Origin: Candidatus Freyarchaeum deiterrae
Lineage (GTDB): Archaea > Asgardarchaeota > Jordiarchaeia > Jordiarchaeales > Jordiarchaeaceae
DNA: 64,000 nucleotides
Assembly (NCBI GenBank): GCA_037305845.1
Contig: CP147778.1
Span: 1,312,001-1,376,000 of the forward strand
Reading direction: 5' to 3'
Of the stretch, positions 61,224 to 64,000 are shown in pieces. The notes under the pieces are model-generated. The model was not told where the DNA came from and ran no database searches. It saw only the letters and a program-made list of their open reading frames with translations. Positions within the stretch are counted from its first letter, which is position 1. Every line of letters starts with the position of its first letter. Position numbers and translations under genes: made by a program.

Positions 61224-62318
61224 TTGAATCTTTTCAATTTAAAAACAGAACTCTTATGCAAAGGAGTTAAAGCAGAAAACAGTATCGAGAAGGGAAGAGC
61301 AGCAGGAGCTGGGCCGGCCGGGGGCAGATATCTAGTTTTACCCAATAAGACGGTAGTTAATGTTCCTTTAAGGCCTACCTTTGTTGAAAGATCGGATATT
61401 GCCCTAAGAGGGTTTGATTCTGTCTGGTCTCTTTTTAAAAATGGTGATAAGATTACCGATGTCAAGTTAATTGCTTCCCCCAAGTTTTACTCTCGGAAAA
61501 CCCAAAGTGGGCAAGCGATGAACAAGATTGCGCTTGTTCACGGTAAAGATTGTTTGGCAACCACTCTTCTTCAGAAGTGTATTCACTGGTCAAATGGTGA
61601 AGGTTGTAAGTTTTGTGGAATTGAACTCTCACTTAGGGATAGCTCCACAGTTCCAAGAAAAAACCCACAGGATCTGGTTGAGGTAGTGGGAACCGCGGTT
61701 GAGGAAGATGTTTGTGGGCACATCACATTAACCACAGGTACTCCCAGTACACTGGATAAGGGAGCAAAACTATTAGCCAAAGTAACTAGAGAAATAAAAG
61801 AACAATATGAAATTCCCGTTCATGTGCAGCTAGAGCCCCCTGAGGTGAAATATTTGGAGTTACTAGCGGATTCTGGGGTTGACACGGTGGGTATCCACAT
61901 TGAAAACTTTGACAGGATAGTTTTGAAGCGGGTATGTCCCGGCAAAGCGAAGGTTAGTTTTGAGGAGTATTTAAACTCTTGGAGAGAAGCTGTAGAGCTC
62001 TTTGGGGAGACGCAGGTTAGTACCTATGTTATTGCGGGTTTAGGTGAGAAGGATGAGAGTATACTTGAGGGAGTGGAAACGGTGGCCAGGTTGGGAGTGA
62101 TTCCTTTTCTGGTTCCATTTAGACCGATTGTGGGAACCGAGTTTGAGAACCGAAGTCCACCAAGTGCCAGCAGAATGATATCCCTTTATGAAAGGGTTGC
62201 TGGGATTTTGCATGATTATAATCTTAATCCTTCGAAGAATCTTGCTGGGTGTGTGCGTTGTGGAGCATGCTCCAGCATTTTAGAAGCGTTTATGTGTAGT
62301 GGTGAAGATGAGTCTTGA
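61224..62318 (+). CDS. Radical SAM protein, MSMEG_0568-like family
   Basis: GAGPAGG, IALVHGKDCLATT..Q.C, C.FC.I, LTTGT, GLGE, AGCVRCGACS. Confidence 0.8.
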   Translation: MNLFNLKTELLCKGVKAENSIEKGRAAGAGPAGGRYLVLPNKTVVNVPLRPTFVERSDIALRGFDSVWSLFKNGDKITDVKLIASPKFYSRKTQSGQAMNKIALVHGKDCLATTLLQKCIHWSNGEGCKFCGIELSLRDSSTVPRKNPQDLVEVVGTAVEEDVCGHITLTTGTPSTLDKGAKLLAKVTREIKEQYEIPVHVQLEPPEVKYLELLADSGVDTVGIHIENFDRIVLKRVCPGKAKVSFEEYLNSWREAVELFGETQVSTYVIAGLGEKDESILEGVETVARLGVIPFLVPFRPIVGTEFENRSPPSASRMISLYERVAGILHDYNLNPSKNLAGCVRCGACSSILEAFMCSGEDES

Positions 62319-63630
62319 ATCTTTCTTTAACCCGAAAAGCATTGTTATTGTAGGAGCTTCTGGACAACCAGGAAAGTTTGGAAACCAAGTTTTAAAAAAC
62401 ATAATCGAACTCGGTTATGGCGGCGAGGTCTTCCTAGTTCATCCCACTAAGGACAGTATCTTAGGCTTTCCCGCCTTTAGGAGCATTATGGATATTCCAA
62501 GGGTTCCAGAAACTGCTGTTGTTGTTCTATCCTCGGACCTAGTAGTCGATGCTGTTGAAGAGTTGGCAAGAAAAGGGGTTAAGAGCATTATTTTGCAGTC
62601 ATCTGGTTTCTCAGAATATGATGATGAGGGAAAAGAGAGAGAGGATACACTCATCCGAATAGCTAAGGAAAATAATCTGAGGATTATCGGGCCTAATACC
62701 ATAGGTTTAATCAATTACGGTGGGCGTTTCGCTACTGCCCTGACTCCAGTTAGAAGTTTTAAAGTGGGAAGAGTAAGCTTTATTGGACAAAGCGGCGGCC
62801 TATCTGGAGGACTTGGATGGTGGCAGCCGAATGAGTTGAGGTTCAACAAAATAGTTCATTTGGGAAACACTTGTGATGTTAGCGATGCAGAGCTTCTCAG
62901 ATTTTTTGCTCAGGATTCTTCAACTGAGGTTATCGCGGCTTATTTTAGAAAGGTAACCGGTGAGATTGTAGAAGCAGTAAGAGAGGTTTCAAAAAAGAAG
63001 CCCGTAATCATGCACTGCCCAGAAGAGAGAAGAGAGGAACTTGTCAAAGCGGGGGCTATTTGCGCATCTTTGTATTCCGAAATATTCGAACTAGCCAAGA
63101 TTTTCGTCCACTCTCCCAAACCCAATGGTAACCGGGTCGCAATAATTGGGCCCTCCTCTGGAGCCATTGAATTAGCTTTACACGTATTAGAAAAAAATGG
63201 ATTGAAACTCGCCGATCTCAATCCAAACACCGTCAAAACTTTGAAAGAAAAAGTGTTAAATGAACGGGCAAAAACGGTAAATCCTGTTGACTACTGGCCT
63301 CCGAATCATCTTGATGGAGTAGAGGTTGGAAATAAACATAAAACTGCTGTAGAAGCTCTTCTTAAGGACGATAATGTGGACATTATAATTCTGGTACTTG
63401 AGCTCATGAAAGAAATCGAGTTTGACGTGAAGAAAGCCTTTCAGAAAGCCGCTCAGGAGATGTCGAAACCAATTGTGGCAGCGTGTATTCAAATTGAAAA
63501 CGAGTCTTATGAGCGGGTGGTTAATGGCTTGTACGAACTTGAGATTCCTGTCTTCACGGAGGTAGAAAGAGCAGTAAAAGCCACAGGAGCATTGGTCCGC
63601 TATCACACACGGCTGCAAAAGCATATTTGA
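62299..63630 (+). CDS. CoA-binding protein, ADP-forming acyl-CoA synthetase alpha-subunit-like, lacking the phospho-His loop
   Basis: FFNPKSI..VGAS..PGK.G, SSGFSE, IIGPN.IG, QSGG, LGN..DV, NPVD. The KxGR...SHTG segment is absent. Confidence 0.75.
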   Translation: MVKMSLESFFNPKSIVIVGASGQPGKFGNQVLKNIIELGYGGEVFLVHPTKDSILGFPAFRSIMDIPRVPETAVVVLSSDLVVDAVEELARKGVKSIILQSSGFSEYDDEGKEREDTLIRIAKENNLRIIGPNTIGLINYGGRFATALTPVRSFKVGRVSFIGQSGGLSGGLGWWQPNELRFNKIVHLGNTCDVSDAELLRFFAQDSSTEVIAAYFRKVTGEIVEAVREVSKKKPVIMHCPEERREELVKAGAICASLYSEIFELAKIFVHSPKPNGNRVAIIGPSSGAIELALHVLEKNGLKLADLNPNTVKTLKEKVLNERAKTVNPVDYWPPNHLDGVEVGNKHKTAVEALLKDDNVDIIILVLELMKEIEFDVKKAFQKAAQEMSKPIVAACIQIENESYERVVNGLYELEIPVFTEVERAVKATGALVRYHTRLQKHI

Positions 63631-63675
63631 GGAGCAGGTATCTCTGTAAAGAGGGAATTGGCAGTGTTACAATTA

Positions 63676-64000
63676 TTACATTTGCAATAGATTATGGCTC
63701 ACTCTTTCAAGAGCCTGGCTTAGGGCCTGCCAATCTGGATTTAAGTTTACTGCTTCTTCATATTTTTCTTTAGCCTTGATTAGAAATTCTTTAGCTTCTT
63801 TCTTCTTACGCTTTTTAAGGTACTCAAGACCCATACACTCGAAGTATAATCCTTCGCACTTTATCTTGTCAACTTTGGCGAGTTTTTCTTCGTAGGGATT
63901 TTCAAGGGCTGCTTGGAGTTTTTCTTTACTTGAATATTTCTCGCGGGCTTCTTTGAAGTATTCCGCAGCCTTTTCTAGGTTTTTATTCTGAATCTCAATT
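63676..64000 (-). CDS. TPR-like protein, C-terminal part (5' end outside the window)
   Basis: Manual translation: ...NLEKAAEYFKEAREKY...AKEKYEEAVNLNPDWQALSQALERVSHNLLQM*. Confidence 0.65.
   Translation of the reverse strand, partial: IEIQNKNLEKAAEYFKEAREKYSSKEKLQAALENPYEEKLAKVDKIKCEGLYFECMGLEYLKKRKKKEAKEFLIKAKEKYEEAVNLNPDWQALSQALERVSHNLLQM

Overview
This is an archaeal genome window, inferred from rpl15e, Rpp30/Pop5, SepCysS/SepCysE, LysW, CDC48 and BRE-TATA promoters. PCI-like and alpha-SNAP-like helical proteins suggest an Asgard-type archaeon (inference only). 1-14.3 kb is a surface-glycan locus: duplicated AlkP-superfamily genes, GT2/GT4 transferases, SDRs, an RfbH/DdhC-type 3-dehydratase, a G1P thymidylyltransferase and a flippase. 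14.6-16.8 kb is a tRNA-dependent cysteine locus whose tRNA-Cys(GCA) gene appears to be split by four BHB/BHL-type introns. Next come amino-acid genes (homocitrate synthase-like, ilvE) and a hisS-DC-HAD-BHAF-IE operon without hisG. A TIR/TSD-bounded element carrying tnpB sits in the his promoter. Then follow padR-cdc48, a cluster of SNAP/TPR-like paralogs (one with a PCI-like domain), and argGH-lysW-lysX-lysZ-lysK facing an N-acyl-ornithine-type transcarbamylase. The last part holds larEBC plus DUF59, serA-like, rpl15e-RNase P genes with a C/D-box sRNA predicted to guide 23S Gm2251, JAMM, thioredoxin, a radical SAM and an ACD-alpha-like protein lacking its catalytic His loop. Strongest leads: the four-intron tRNA-Cys, possible carbamoylation of ornithine on the LysW carrier, the SNAP-like/PCI/CDC48 neighbourhood and the nested tnpB element. 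All calls are by eye; no searches were run.
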